Shown one piece after another: positions 30,308 through 41,025 of a DNA stretch of 64,000 nt. The notes beneath the pieces were generated by a model. It ran no database searches. It was not told the DNA's origin and saw only the letters and a program-made list of their open reading frames with translations. Position 1 is the stretch's first letter. The number at the start of each line of letters is the position of its first letter. Source of the stretch: an uncultured Candidatus Rokubacteria bacterium (GTDB taxonomy: Bacteria; Methylomirabilota; Methylomirabilia; Rokubacteriales; DASRDR01). The translations under genes were made by a program, and so were the position numbers. Location of the stretch: positions 160,001-224,000 of the forward strand of contig CAWDVE010000010.1 of the NCBI GenBank assembly GCA_963805625.1. The letters are read 5' to 3'.

Positions 30308-31347
30308 AGGCGCACGCCCTCGTTCCGTCCGATGCGAGCGCGGAGCGTCTCGTCGGCTGGGTGCTGGCCCACGACGTCCGCGACGCGGCGGGCGCATTGC
30401 TGGGACGCAAGGGGGATCGCCTCGACCCGGCCGGCGCCGCACGGCTCGTCGCCGGTTCCCATGGGGAGGTTCACCTCCTCGAGATGGAATCCGGCGACCT
30501 CCACGAGGATCCGGCCGGCGAGCGCGTGGCGCGCGCCGTCGCGGGCGCAGGTGTCTCGGTCCGGGACTCGACGAGCGGCCAGTGGGCGATCGTCGCGGGG
30601 CAGCGGGGGATCCTGCGGGTGGCGACCGCTTCCCTCGCTGCCGTGAACGGTCTCGAGGGGGTGTCGGTCTACACGCTCTTCGACGGCCAGGTGGTCGACG
30701 CCGGCGAGGTGGTCGCGCGCGCGAAGGTCACGCCCCTGGTTGTCGCCGAGAGCGTGGTCCGCGAGGTCGAGGAGCGCAGCCGGCAGAGCGGCGGATGCGT
30801 GGAGGTGGATCCCTTCCACGGACAGCCCGTGGGTGCAGTCGCGCCGGCCAGCCTCTCACCCCGGGCCCGCGCGCGGTTCGAGGCCGTCCTTCGCGAGAAG
30901 CTCGACTGGTTCGGGGCGCCGCTGGCGAGTCTCGCCTATCCGGAGGCCGAGACCGCAGCGCTGCGTCAGGCTGTCCAGGAGTCGATCGCTGCCGGGGCAC
31001 GCATCATCGTCGTCGCCGGAGCCAACGCGCTCGATCCGCTCGATCCCGTTTTCACGGCGCTCGAGGGGATCGGCGGCCGGCTCGTCCGGAAAGGCGTGCC
31101 GGCGCACCCGGGGAGTCTCCTGTGGGTCGCGCGCGTGGGCTCGATCCCGGTGCTCGGCATGCCGGGGTGCGGCATGTTCTCTCAGGCGACCCTCTTCGAC
31201 TTGCTGCTCCCGCGCCTCCTGGCGGGGGAGACCGTCGGAGCGGAGGAACTCGCGGCGTACGGTCATGGGGGTCTCCTCGGGCGCGAAATGGCCTTCCGGT
31301 TCCCGCCCTACCGTGCCGGGCGTGATCGCGGCACGCTGCCGGAGTAG
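30304..31347 (+). CDS. Molybdopterin-binding (MoeA-like) protein
   Basis: GDLHED, DPLD, GVPAHPGS, GMPGC, GHGGLL; GTGA coupling to xdhC. Confidence 0.75.
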   Translation: MKAHALVPSDASAERLVGWVLAHDVRDAAGALLGRKGDRLDPAGAARLVAGSHGEVHLLEMESGDLHEDPAGERVARAVAGAGVSVRDSTSGQWAIVAGQRGILRVATASLAAVNGLEGVSVYTLFDGQVVDAGEVVARAKVTPLVVAESVVREVEERSRQSGGCVEVDPFHGQPVGAVAPASLSPRARARFEAVLREKLDWFGAPLASLAYPEAETAALRQAVQESIAAGARIIVVAGANALDPLDPVFTALEGIGGRLVRKGVPAHPGSLLWVARVGSIPVLGMPGCGMFSQATLFDLLLPRLLAGETVGAEELAAYGHGGLLGREMAFRFPPYRAGRDRGTLPE

Positions 31348-31404
31348 CGGACGCGACTGGGTCATCCAGTTCACGAGAGAGTGATGTCTAAACAACCGTC
31401 GTGG

Positions 31405-31433
31405 TTGATTGATCCTGTTCAGAGTGATAGGGT
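31405..31433 (+). promoter_or_regulatory. sigma70 promoter, likely leaderless sufU transcript
   Basis: TTGATT-17 bp-(TGa)TAGGGT, 6 nt before GTG. Confidence 0.65.
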
Positions 31434-31439
31434 ACGCGC

Positions 31440-31892
31440 GTGACGGCCCCACTTTACGGCGGCGTGGTCCTCGAGCGTTTCCGGCATCCGCGTCACTTCG
31501 GGGAGCTCCCAGGGGCCGATGCGGTCCACGAGGACGTCAACCCTCTCTGTGGCGATCGCCTTCGGGTCGAGCTTCGCTTCGGCGCCGACCGCGAGGTGGA
31601 GACCGTCCGCTTCCAGGGGGACGCCTGCGCGATCGCGACGGCCTCCGCCGATCTCCTGGCCGAGATGGTGGAGGGCCACTCGGTGACCGATGCGCTCCGG
31701 CTCGAGCGGGACGCGCTGCTCGCGGCGCTCGAGGCGCCGATCCGGGCGTCCCGGCTTCCCTGTGTCTCCCTGCCGCTGGCCGTGCTCCGCGGGGCGCTGG
31801 GCGCCGGCGCCGAGCGCATCGCCGCAGCCCGCGGACGTGACGCGGCGCCGGCCGGCCCGGGCACCTCGGGCATCGCGGGAGAGCGACGGTGA
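31440..31892 (+). CDS. sufU: SufU/IscU-type scaffold or sulfur acceptor
   Basis: NPLCGD, ACAI..ASA, RLPC. Confidence 0.85.
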   Translation: MTAPLYGGVVLERFRHPRHFGELPGADAVHEDVNPLCGDRLRVELRFGADREVETVRFQGDACAIATASADLLAEMVEGHSVTDALRLERDALLAALEAPIRASRLPCVSLPLAVLRGALGAGAERIAAARGRDAAPAGPGTSGIAGERR

Positions 31893-33139
31893 GCCTCGCC
31901 GACCGGGTCCGTCCGGACTTTCCGATCCTCTCCCGCACCATCGAGGGACGCCGGCTCGTCTACCTCGACTCGGCGGCGACGGCCCAGAAGCCGCGTCCGG
32001 TCCTCGACGCGGTGCGGCTCTTCTACGAGCGGTCGAACGCCAACGTCCACCGCTCGATCCACACACTGGGGGAGGAGGCGACGGAGCTCTACGAGGGAGC
32101 CCGGGATCGGGTGCGGGCGTTTCTCGGGGCACGGCAGCGAGAGGAGATCGTCTTCACGAGGGGGACGACGGAGGCGATCAACATCGTCGTCCACACCTGG
32201 GCGCGGCGGGCGCTCGTCGAGGGGGACGAGATCCTCCTGTCCGAGATGGAGCACCATTCGAACCTGGTGCCCTGGATCCTCCTCGCCCGCGAGCGGAAGC
32301 TCCGTCTCCGGCACGTGCCCGTGACCGAGGAGGGGATCCTCGACCTCCCGGCGTTCGAGCGTCTCCTCACGCGGCGGACGCGGCTCGTGGCGCTCGCCCA
32401 CGTCTCGAACGTGCTCGGCACGATCAATCCGGTCGCGGACATCGTCGAGCGCGCGCAGGCGGCGGGGGCCCGGGTGCTCCTCGACGGCGCCCAGGCGGCA
32501 CCGCATCTCCCGGTCGACGTGGCGGCGCTCGGCGCCGATTTCTACGCGTTCTCGGGACACAAGTTGGGGGCCCCCACCGGCATCGGCGTGCTCTACGGTC
32601 GGCGCGAGGTGCTGGAGCCGCTGGAGCCGTTCTTCGGAGGAAGCGAGATCATTCGCGAGGTCTGGCTCGACCGCGCGACCTGGAACGATCTCCCGTGGCG
32701 GTTCGAGCCGGGCACGCCTCCCATCGCCGGCGCGATCGGCCTGGGTGCGGCCATCGACTACATGGAGGGCCTGGGCCGCGAGGCGGTCCGCCGGCACGAC
32801 ACGGAGCTCGTCGGGGAGGCGCTCGCCCGCCTCGGCGAGGTCGAGGACCTCGAGATCTACGGCCCCCGCGATCCGGAGATCCGCGCGGGTGTCCTGTCCT
32901 TCAACTTCCCGGGCGTCCATCCGCACGACCTGTCCGCCGCGCTCGACGCCGAGGGTGTGGCCGTGCGGGCGGGCCACCATTGCGCCCAGCCGCTCATGCG
33001 GCGGCTCGGGGTGGTGGGGACTGCCCGCGCGAGCTTCTTCGTCCACACGGGAGCCGATGACATCGCCGCCCTCGCTGCCGCGCTTCACCGGGCGCGGGAG
33101 CTCCTGGGCGCCGGCCGGCTCCGTCCGTCGACGCACTGA
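31889..33139 (+). CDS. sufS: SufS-type (class II) cysteine desulfurase
   Basis: YLDSAATAQKP, EHHSN, SGHK, RAGHHCAQP. Confidence 0.93.
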   Translation: MSLADRVRPDFPILSRTIEGRRLVYLDSAATAQKPRPVLDAVRLFYERSNANVHRSIHTLGEEATELYEGARDRVRAFLGARQREEIVFTRGTTEAINIVVHTWARRALVEGDEILLSEMEHHSNLVPWILLARERKLRLRHVPVTEEGILDLPAFERLLTRRTRLVALAHVSNVLGTINPVADIVERAQAAGARVLLDGAQAAPHLPVDVAALGADFYAFSGHKLGAPTGIGVLYGRREVLEPLEPFFGGSEIIREVWLDRATWNDLPWRFEPGTPPIAGAIGLGAAIDYMEGLGREAVRRHDTELVGEALARLGEVEDLEIYGPRDPEIRAGVLSFNFPGVHPHDLSAALDAEGVAVRAGHHCAQPLMRRLGVVGTARASFFVHTGADDIAALAAALHRARELLGAGRLRPSTH

Positions 33140-33177
33140 CCGGCCGGGAATCGGACTCGGGCCGGCGAGGCCGGCAG

Positions 33178-34164
33178 ATGCAGTCATCGCCCGTGGGCCG
33201 GCTCTCGTGGGTGTCCATCGGTGTCCTGCTCTTCTCGCTGTCAGTGACCTGCGCTGCGGCCGCCGAGCCGCTCAGGATCCGGTACGCGGTCTGGGTCGGC
33301 TACGGGCCGCTCTTTCTCGCTCAGCAGAAGGGTTACTTCGCGGCGGAGAACGTCGAGGTCCAGCTCATCAGGATGGAGGATCCGAAAGAGAGCTTTTTGG
33401 CGATGGGCGCGGGCCGGCTCGACGGAATCGTGTCGACGATCGACACCATGATCCCCCATCTCAAGACCGGCAAGGAGTTCCAGTACGTCCTGGCGCTCGA
33501 TGATTCTGCGGGCAGCGACGGCATCGTCGCGCGCAAGGAGATCAAGTCCGTCCGGGACCTCAAGGGCAGGAGGGTGGCCGTCCAAGAAGGCTCGGTCTCA
33601 CAGTTCTTCCTGAACGTGCTCCTCCGTGACGCAGGCCTGTTCGAGAAGGACGTCCAGGTCGTCAACATGAAGCCCGGCGACGCGGGCGCGGCGTTCGTGG
33701 CAGGAAGGGTCGACGCGGCCGTGACCTGGGAGCCGTGGCTGTCGAATGGCAAGACTGCGCCGCACGGGCACATGCTCGTCGACTCCTCCCAGACGCCCGG
33801 GTTGATCACCGACATGCTCGTCTTCCGGCGGGACGTCATCGAGAGACGGCCGAGGGAGATCCAGAGCGTGGTGGATGCCTGGAACAAGGCCGTGGCCTAC
33901 TGGGAGAGGAATCCGGCCGAGTCGAACGAGATCATGGCCAGGGCGGTGGGAGACTGGCTCAAGGACCCCAAGCTCTTCGCCGACGTGCTGACGGGCGTGA
34001 GGTTCTACAATCGCCCGGAAAACGTGAAGTTCTTCGGTACCCCGCGGAAGCCCGGCCCTCTCTACAGGGTGGTCCAGAACGCGCTCGACATCACGGGTGG
34101 GTTCGGGAACCTTCAGCTGAAGGTCGCGCCCAAGGATCTCGTCAACCATTCCTTCGTGAAGTAG
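33178..34164 (+). CDS. ABC substrate-binding protein (NMT1/SsuA/TauA type), paralog 1
   Basis: Signal peptide, WVGYGP, DDSAGSDG, VDAAVTWEPW. Confidence 0.88.
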   Translation: MQSSPVGRLSWVSIGVLLFSLSVTCAAAAEPLRIRYAVWVGYGPLFLAQQKGYFAAENVEVQLIRMEDPKESFLAMGAGRLDGIVSTIDTMIPHLKTGKEFQYVLALDDSAGSDGIVARKEIKSVRDLKGRRVAVQEGSVSQFFLNVLLRDAGLFEKDVQVVNMKPGDAGAAFVAGRVDAAVTWEPWLSNGKTAPHGHMLVDSSQTPGLITDMLVFRRDVIERRPREIQSVVDAWNKAVAYWERNPAESNEIMARAVGDWLKDPKLFADVLTGVRFYNRPENVKFFGTPRKPGPLYRVVQNALDITGGFGNLQLKVAPKDLVNHSFVK

Positions 34165-34274
34165 CCTCGGTTCCTGATGCCGGGCAGTTCCTCACCGGGA
34201 GGCGTGTGCTCGTGCTCGAACAGTGCGACGACAGCAGCGCCCGCACGCCCCGGCTCATAAGTGACTGCGCCGCA

Positions 34275-34303
34275 TTGACAGCCTCGAGGAAGTCTCGTAA
34301 CGT
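34275..34303 (+). promoter_or_regulatory. sigma70 promoter of ABC-ureohydrolase operon
   Basis: TTGACA-17 bp-TAACGT. Confidence 0.75.
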
Positions 34304-34381
34304 CGGCCTCGGCCGGGAGGCGGAGCGAAGGTCGCCGACCCGTGGACGCGCGATGAACGGGCTGGGGCGGAGGAGGTTGCC

Positions 34382-35359
34382 ATGAAGCGGTTGTGGGTGA
34401 TTGCCGGGTTGGTGCTGGGGCTCGTGGTAGCGGCTGCCGTCGGGGCGTCGGCGGAGCCGATCCGGATCGGGTACCCGATCTGGGTAGGGTTCGGTCCAAT
34501 CTATCTGGCGCACAACAAGGGGTTCTTCAAGGCGCAGGGCGTCGACGTCGACCTCCAGGTGATCGACGACACCAAGGTCGGCATGGCGGCCCTTGCGGCC
34601 AAGCGCATCGAGGCCTACGGCGCCACGCCGAACACCGTCCTGCTCTACGCCAAGGCCGACAACCCGTTCGTCATGGTCATGACGGTCGACGACTCCAAGG
34701 GTGGCGACGGCGTGGTCGCCAAGAAGTCGATCAATTCGATCGCCGAGCTCAAGGGGAAGCGCGTGGCGTTCCTGGAGGGCTCGATCGCCCAGTTCTACCT
34801 GAGCTACCTCCTGAAGCGCGAGGGCCTCTCGGAGAAGGACATCACGGCGGTCAACATGGGCTCGACGGGTGACGCCGGCGCCGCCTTCGTGGCCGGCCGC
34901 GTCGACGCCGCCGTCGTGTGGGAGCCGTGGCTCAGCAAGGGGAAGAGCGCCCCCGACAGCCACATCCTGATCGACTCGAGCAAGACCCCGGGGCTCATCA
35001 TCGACACGCTCGCGTTTCGCCAGGACGTGGTGAAGAGCCGCCCCGACGACGTGCGGAAGGTCGTGCGCGCGGTCGGGCAGGCGGTGGACTACTGGAGGCA
35101 GAACCCGAAGGACGCGACCGAGATCATGACGAAGGGGCTCGGCGGCTGGCTGAAGGAGCCCAAGGACTTCGAGGAGGCGCTGTCGGGCGCGACGCTCTAC
35201 GGCCTCGCGGAGAACCGGCCGTTCATGGGGACGAAGGCCAAGCCGGGCCCGATGTACCAGACCGTCCAGGGCGCGATCGATTTCTGGCGGCAGACCGGCA
35301 AGCTCGTCTGGCCCGAGGTCAAGGCCGCGGACGTCATCGACCCGTCGTTCCTGGAATAG
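34382..35359 (+). CDS. ABC substrate-binding protein (NMT1/SsuA/TauA type), paralog 2
   Basis: Signal peptide, WVGFGP, DDSKGGDG, VDAAVVWEPW; SD GGAGGAGG. Confidence 0.9.
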   Translation: MKRLWVIAGLVLGLVVAAAVGASAEPIRIGYPIWVGFGPIYLAHNKGFFKAQGVDVDLQVIDDTKVGMAALAAKRIEAYGATPNTVLLYAKADNPFVMVMTVDDSKGGDGVVAKKSINSIAELKGKRVAFLEGSIAQFYLSYLLKREGLSEKDITAVNMGSTGDAGAAFVAGRVDAAVVWEPWLSKGKSAPDSHILIDSSKTPGLIIDTLAFRQDVVKSRPDDVRKVVRAVGQAVDYWRQNPKDATEIMTKGLGGWLKEPKDFEEALSGATLYGLAENRPFMGTKAKPGPMYQTVQGAIDFWRQTGKLVWPEVKAADVIDPSFLE

Positions 35360-35439
35360 GGGAGTCGTGACCGCGGACCGGGAACGGTGCCGGGCAGCTC
35401 CCCGGCGCCGCTCCCGGCGGACCGCGGAGTAGCACGTTC

Positions 35440-36231
35440 GTGGCTGGCTGGTTCTCGCCGAAGGATCCGATCCCGCGCCCCGTCTACCTGACCGCCAGCG
35501 CCCTCACCGTCGGCGCCCTCTTCGGCGGGTGGGTGCTGCTCGCGCGTAGCGGTTACGTCCGCACCGAGTTCCTGCCGACGCCGAACCAGGTGGCGCTGGC
35601 CGCCGTCGACCTGGCCAAGGACGGCTCCCTCTGGACCCACATCGCCGCCTCGTGCTTCGTGGTCTTCGTGGGCTTCGCGCTCGCCTCGGTCCTGGCGGTT
35701 CCGCTCGGCATCCTGATGGGGACGTTCCAGCTGGTCGAGGCGGTGATCGAGCCCGTCACCAATTTCGTCCGCTACCTGCCGGTGAGCGCGATGGTTCCCC
35801 TCCTGATCCTGTGGGTCGGGATCGACTACGAGACCCGCGTGGCCGTCATCTTCATCGGCACGTTCTTCCAGCAGCTCGTGATGATTGCCGACATCGCCCA
35901 CCACGTCCCGCGCGATCTGCTCGACGTCTCGTACACGCTCGGGGCCGGACGGCGGCAGGTGGTCTCGCGGGTGCTCGTGCCGGGCACCCTGCCGGGGATC
36001 ATGGACACGCTTCGCATCACGCTCGGCTGGGCCTGGACCTACCTGGTGCTCGCCGAGTTGGTCGCCGCCAACAGGGGTCTCGGGTACATGATCCTGACGT
36101 CGATGCGCGGCCTGTTCACCGACCGTATCTTCGTGGGGATCCTCGTGATCGGGCTGCTGGGTCTGATCTCCGACCAGATCTTCAAGTACCTCCACCGCTG
36201 GCTCTTGCCCTGGTCGCCCAAGGCTGGCTGA
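35440..36231 (+). CDS. ABC permease (TauC/SsuC type)
   Basis: FLPTP, RYLPVSA, EAA-loop equivalent DVSYTLGA, LVLAELV. Confidence 0.9.
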   Translation: MAGWFSPKDPIPRPVYLTASALTVGALFGGWVLLARSGYVRTEFLPTPNQVALAAVDLAKDGSLWTHIAASCFVVFVGFALASVLAVPLGILMGTFQLVEAVIEPVTNFVRYLPVSAMVPLLILWVGIDYETRVAVIFIGTFFQQLVMIADIAHHVPRDLLDVSYTLGAGRRQVVSRVLVPGTLPGIMDTLRITLGWAWTYLVLAELVAANRGLGYMILTSMRGLFTDRIFVGILVIGLLGLISDQIFKYLHRWLLPWSPKAG

Positions 36232-36247
36232 CGGATCGCCGAGTCGC

Positions 36248-37048
<801 letters not shown>

Positions 37049-37069
37049 GCGAGACCGAGGAGGGCCATC

Positions 37070-38083
37070 GTGGGGACGCATCCGATCCATCCGGGATACG
37101 CGGGAATCCCGACCTTCTTCCAGGCGCCGTACGGCGAGCTGGACACCGTGCGCGAGGGGATGACAGTCGTGGCCGGGGTGCCCATCGACCAGGGCATCAT
37201 CACCGCCAAGCCCGGCACGCGATACGGCCCCCGGGCCATTCGCGAGGCGTCGCAAATGCCACGCGGGGTGCTGGCAGCGAACGTAGAGCACACCTGGGTC
37301 GACGTCGACACCGGCGTCGCCCTGCGTCTGAAAGACCGTCTGGATCTCGTGGACGTCGGGGACTTCGACATCGACCCGACCGACATCATGAAGACGACGT
37401 GGTCGGTAGTGGCCGGCGTGGAAGGAATCGTGAAGCGCGGTGGGTTGCCGGTCGTCCTCGGCGGTGACCACTACATCGCGTATCCGTGTTTCGAGGGCTT
37501 CGTCCGTGGGATGAGCGAGCGAAAGGAGAACCTCCGCGTCGGCTATCTGCACGTCGACACACACTCGGACTTCCGCTTCGAGTACGGGCCCCTCGGCCGC
37601 TACAATCACGCGACCTCGGCCCGACGGGTCAGCGAGAACCGCGCCGCGTCGTACCGGAACATGGCCTGGCTGGGCCTGAATGGCAGCGTGCTGGACGCCG
37701 AGATGTATCGGACGTTCAAGCGCGAGCGCCTCAAGATGGTGACCGCCAAGATGATCCGGGAACAGGGCCCGGCGGCGGCAGTGCGCCAGGTGATGGAGAC
37801 GGTGGCGAGCGGCGTCGACGCCGTCTACGTCACCGTCGACATCGACGTCGTCAACGGGAGCGAAGCGCGCGGCACGGGCGCCCCTGTCTTCGCCGGCATC
37901 GAGGCGCGGACGTTCCTCGAGATGATGGAGGTGCTCAGCACGTATGACATCATCCGATCGATCGACCTGTGCGAGGTCGCTCCCGGACTCGACCCGGCTG
38001 GAACGACGGCGGACCTGGCCGTCGCCGGGCTCCTCACGTTGCTCGAGCGCCGGCTCTTCGATCGGGTCGATCCGGGCGTCTGA
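37070..38083 (+). CDS. Arginase/agmatinase-family ureohydrolase
   Basis: GTRYGP, GGDH, DTHSD, DID, CEVAP. Confidence 0.88.
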   Translation: MGTHPIHPGYAGIPTFFQAPYGELDTVREGMTVVAGVPIDQGIITAKPGTRYGPRAIREASQMPRGVLAANVEHTWVDVDTGVALRLKDRLDLVDVGDFDIDPTDIMKTTWSVVAGVEGIVKRGGLPVVLGGDHYIAYPCFEGFVRGMSERKENLRVGYLHVDTHSDFRFEYGPLGRYNHATSARRVSENRAASYRNMAWLGLNGSVLDAEMYRTFKRERLKMVTAKMIREQGPAAAVRQVMETVASGVDAVYVTVDIDVVNGSEARGTGAPVFAGIEARTFLEMMEVLSTYDIIRSIDLCEVAPGLDPAGTTADLAVAGLLTLLERRLFDRVDPGV

Positions 38084-38158
38084 CGCCATGCGTTGCGTCG
38101 ACGGCGAGCGCGAACCCGGGCTCTAAAGCGCGAGCCGGGCGACAACGGAGGCCCAGGC

Positions 38159-38560
38159 GTGCCGCGCTACGCGTTCTGCTGCCGCTCGTGCGGGCTCGAG
38201 TTCGAGGTGTCCCGCGCCATGAGCGACGCGGGTCGGGACGCTACGTGCCCGGTTGACGGCGGAGGGGCCGATCGCCTCTTCACGGCGCCGATGACGTCGA
38301 TCCGCCAGGGCGACGGCGCGGCGGTTCCCCCTGGCGGGAATGCCAATCGCAGCTGGTCGTCCCCGTTCTTTCCGAAAGCCGTTCCGGGCGGGAATGCTCC
38401 CCGGCCGACGGCGCCGCCCCGGCGCGTCCTGCCGGCGGGGTCGTCGAAGCCGACCCGGTTTCGGCACTTCGGCCACTGGCACCCGGCAGGCACCCCGCCT
38501 CACGAGCACGCGGCTCGGCGGCCTCCGCCGGAGAAGCAGGTGCCGCCGTCCGGGGTCTGA
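38159..38560 (+). CDS. FmdB-type zinc-ribbon protein with His-rich tail
   Basis: MPRYAFCCRSCG..FEV..CPVD; SD GGAGG. Confidence 0.75.
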   Translation: MPRYAFCCRSCGLEFEVSRAMSDAGRDATCPVDGGGADRLFTAPMTSIRQGDGAAVPPGGNANRSWSSPFFPKAVPGGNAPRPTAPPRRVLPAGSSKPTRFRHFGHWHPAGTPPHEHAARRPPPEKQVPPSGV

Positions 38561-38576
38561 TCGCCTGGCGAAGGCC

Positions 38577-39398
38577 TCAGTGGCGCGTGGCCACGCCCAG
38601 CTCCCGTGTGAACCGCGGCCACACGTCGGGGTCGTGACCCGGGATCAGCCGGAAGCGGCGCTCGGCCGCGACAGCCTTCAGACGGCGGAGTGCCGGGAGC
38701 GTGGTCTTCGGATGTCCCCCGTACGCGGCGGAGACGGGCTCTTCCCGGTCCAGGTTCTCCTGGAGATCCGCGGCGTCGAATGCGAACACGTATCCGCCGT
38801 CGCCCGCTCCCGAGTCCACCTCGACCATGAAGCTCTGATGGCCTGGCGTGTGGCCCGCGGTGAGGAGCGCCGTCACCCCCGGCACGATCTCGACGTCGCC
38901 GTCGGCGAGCCGCCAGTCGATCAGCGGATCGTCGAAGTCGATGCGAAAGATCGCATTGCGCTCGGCGGCGGCCGGGTCGGCCTGGGCCGCCTCGAGCTCC
39001 TTCCGCTGGACGTGGACGGGCACGCGCCCTGCGAAGTGGCGAAGGCCGCCGACGTGGTCGTTGTGAAGATGGCTCAGGGCCACGGCCACCACGTCGCGCG
39101 GATCCACCCCCACCAGCGCGAACGCGTCCTCCAGCGGATCCCCGGGCCCGGATAGCTCGAGCTTGGTCGGCCGACGGCCCCAGAACCGGTGGTAGAAGGG
39201 GCGATCGCGCACGAGCGCGCCATTGAAGCCGGTGTCGATCAGCACGAAGCCGTCGGGGACCTCGAGGAGGAGGCCGGGGACGGGCTCGCGCAGGAAGACA
39301 CGGCCCTCGGCTTCGGGAACCAGGGGCATGGAGGTCCGCCGCGGAAGGTGCTCCCAGCCGAACGTCAGAGGGAGCACGCGCCGGACGCCGCCCTTCAC
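38577..39398 (-). CDS. N-acyl homoserine lactonase-family metallo-beta-lactamase fold hydrolase
   Basis: LIDTG, SHLHNDH, GHTPGH, IPGHD; start preceded by TTGACC-18-CATACT. Confidence 0.85.
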   Translation of the reverse strand: MKGGVRRVLPLTFGWEHLPRRTSMPLVPEAEGRVFLREPVPGLLLEVPDGFVLIDTGFNGALVRDRPFYHRFWGRRPTKLELSGPGDPLEDAFALVGVDPRDVVAVALSHLHNDHVGGLRHFAGRVPVHVQRKELEAAQADPAAAERNAIFRIDFDDPLIDWRLADGDVEIVPGVTALLTAGHTPGHQSFMVEVDSGAGDGGYVFAFDAADLQENLDREEPVSAAYGGHPKTTLPALRRLKAVAAERRFRLIPGHDPDVWPRFTRELGVATRH

Positions 39399-39554
39399 GC
39401 GGCCAGTATGGGCGAGCGGCTCCGCGAGGGTCAAGGCGGGGGACCGCTCGGCAGTGGATCGGGGGGGCTCGATGTCACCCGTCTGCCGGCGCCGCCTCGC
39501 GCGCGATCTCGCGGCTTGACGGCTCACGACGCCGCCCCGTACGGTAGGCCGTCC

Positions 39555-40964
39555 ATGGGCCTCTCTGACCGCCTCGTCGCCGCCACGCGGGATGCGTGGA
39601 GCGGTGTCCGATCCGAGATCGAGGCGCACATCCGGCGCCTGTGGGACGAGCCCGAGCTCCCGCTCATGGAGGTCCGGGCGGCCGACGCGCTCGCGGAGTG
39701 GCTTCGCAGCCACGGCTTCGAGGTGGAGCGCGGCGTGTGCGGCATCCCGACCGCCTTTGCGGCGCGTTTCGGTCGAGGGACGGGTCCGGCGGTCGCGCTC
39801 CTGGCCGAGTACGACGCGTTGCCGGGCCAGGGGAACCTCGCCGTGCCGTACCGTGCGCCCGCCGGCCAGTCGGCCGGGCACGCGTGTGGGCACAACCAGC
39901 TCGGTCCGGCGCAGGTGGGCGCGGCCGTCGCCGTGCGCGCCGTGATGGAGAGCCACGGCTTGGCGGGCAGGCTCGTGCTCCTCGGCTGTCCGGCCGAGGA
40001 GCTGCTCTGGGGAAAGCTGGCGCTCCTCGAGCGTGGCGCCTTCGCGGGCCTGGACGCGCTGCTCACCTCTCACGCGGACTACCAGAACGGCGCCCTCTCG
40101 CGCCCGTGTCTCGCGTGTGTCTCGAGCGAGTTCGTATTCACGGGCGTTGCGAGCCACGGCGGGGCCGTCCGGCGCCACAACGCGCTCGAGGCGCTGGAGC
40201 TGGCGATGCAAGCGATCGACCGCCTGCGGGGCTCGCGCTTCCACGGCTTCGTCATCGGCCATGTGGTACGGATCGGCGGCCTCATGCCGAGCATCACCCC
40301 CGAGGAAGCCCGGGTGTGGCTCACGGTGCGGCACGGATCCTTCGAGGCAGCCTGGGACGCCTACCAGGAGATCATCGCCATCGCCCGGGACGCCGCGCAG
40401 ATGGCCGGGGTCAGTGTCGGCGAGCAGCTCGTCGCAGCGAGCCGCGGCTACCTCCCGAACGACGTCCTGGCGCGGGCGCTCGACGCGAATCTGAGGGTCG
40501 TCGGTCCACCGGCGTGGAGTGTCGACGATCTCGCGTGGATGGAGGCGCTCTCCCGCGCGTGCGATCCGGCGGCGTCCTTCGAGCTTCACCGGGAGCTGGC
40601 GCTTCACACGGACGGCTGCGACCCCTACGGGCAGGACGACGGCGAGGCGAGCTGGCGCATCCCGCTCGGTCGCGTGAACTGGGCGATCCCCCGGGCGGTG
40701 CCGCTTCACCACTGGGGCACGACCGCTCTCAGCGGACACCCAGCCGGGCTGGCCGGACCTCTCATGGCCTCGGAGGCCCTGGCGCTCACGGCCGTCGAGC
40801 TGTTCGTGGATCCCGCTCTCGTCGCCGAGGCGGGCCGCGAGCTGACCTGGCGCGTCGGCTCGCGCCCGCTGTCGCCGCCTCGCTGCGGTGACTTCGCCGT
40901 CATGACGCGAGCCCCGGGGGAGTTCTGGAGCGCGACGTGGCGCGGCAGCTCGGCGCCCGCCTGA
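39555..40964 (+). CDS. M20 amidohydrolase (AbgB-like)
   Basis: PELPLME, EYDALPG, GHACGHN, PAEE. Confidence 0.85.
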   Translation: MGLSDRLVAATRDAWSGVRSEIEAHIRRLWDEPELPLMEVRAADALAEWLRSHGFEVERGVCGIPTAFAARFGRGTGPAVALLAEYDALPGQGNLAVPYRAPAGQSAGHACGHNQLGPAQVGAAVAVRAVMESHGLAGRLVLLGCPAEELLWGKLALLERGAFAGLDALLTSHADYQNGALSRPCLACVSSEFVFTGVASHGGAVRRHNALEALELAMQAIDRLRGSRFHGFVIGHVVRIGGLMPSITPEEARVWLTVRHGSFEAAWDAYQEIIAIARDAAQMAGVSVGEQLVAASRGYLPNDVLARALDANLRVVGPPAWSVDDLAWMEALSRACDPAASFELHRELALHTDGCDPYGQDDGEASWRIPLGRVNWAIPRAVPLHHWGTTALSGHPAGLAGPLMASEALALTAVELFVDPALVAEAGRELTWRVGSRPLSPPRCGDFAVMTRAPGEFWSATWRGSSAPA

Positions 40965-41025
40965 TCGCGTCCGACGCGCGGGGCGCCGCCGAGGCGACCG
41001 CGGGGGCTGTGATAGGCTCTCTCAC

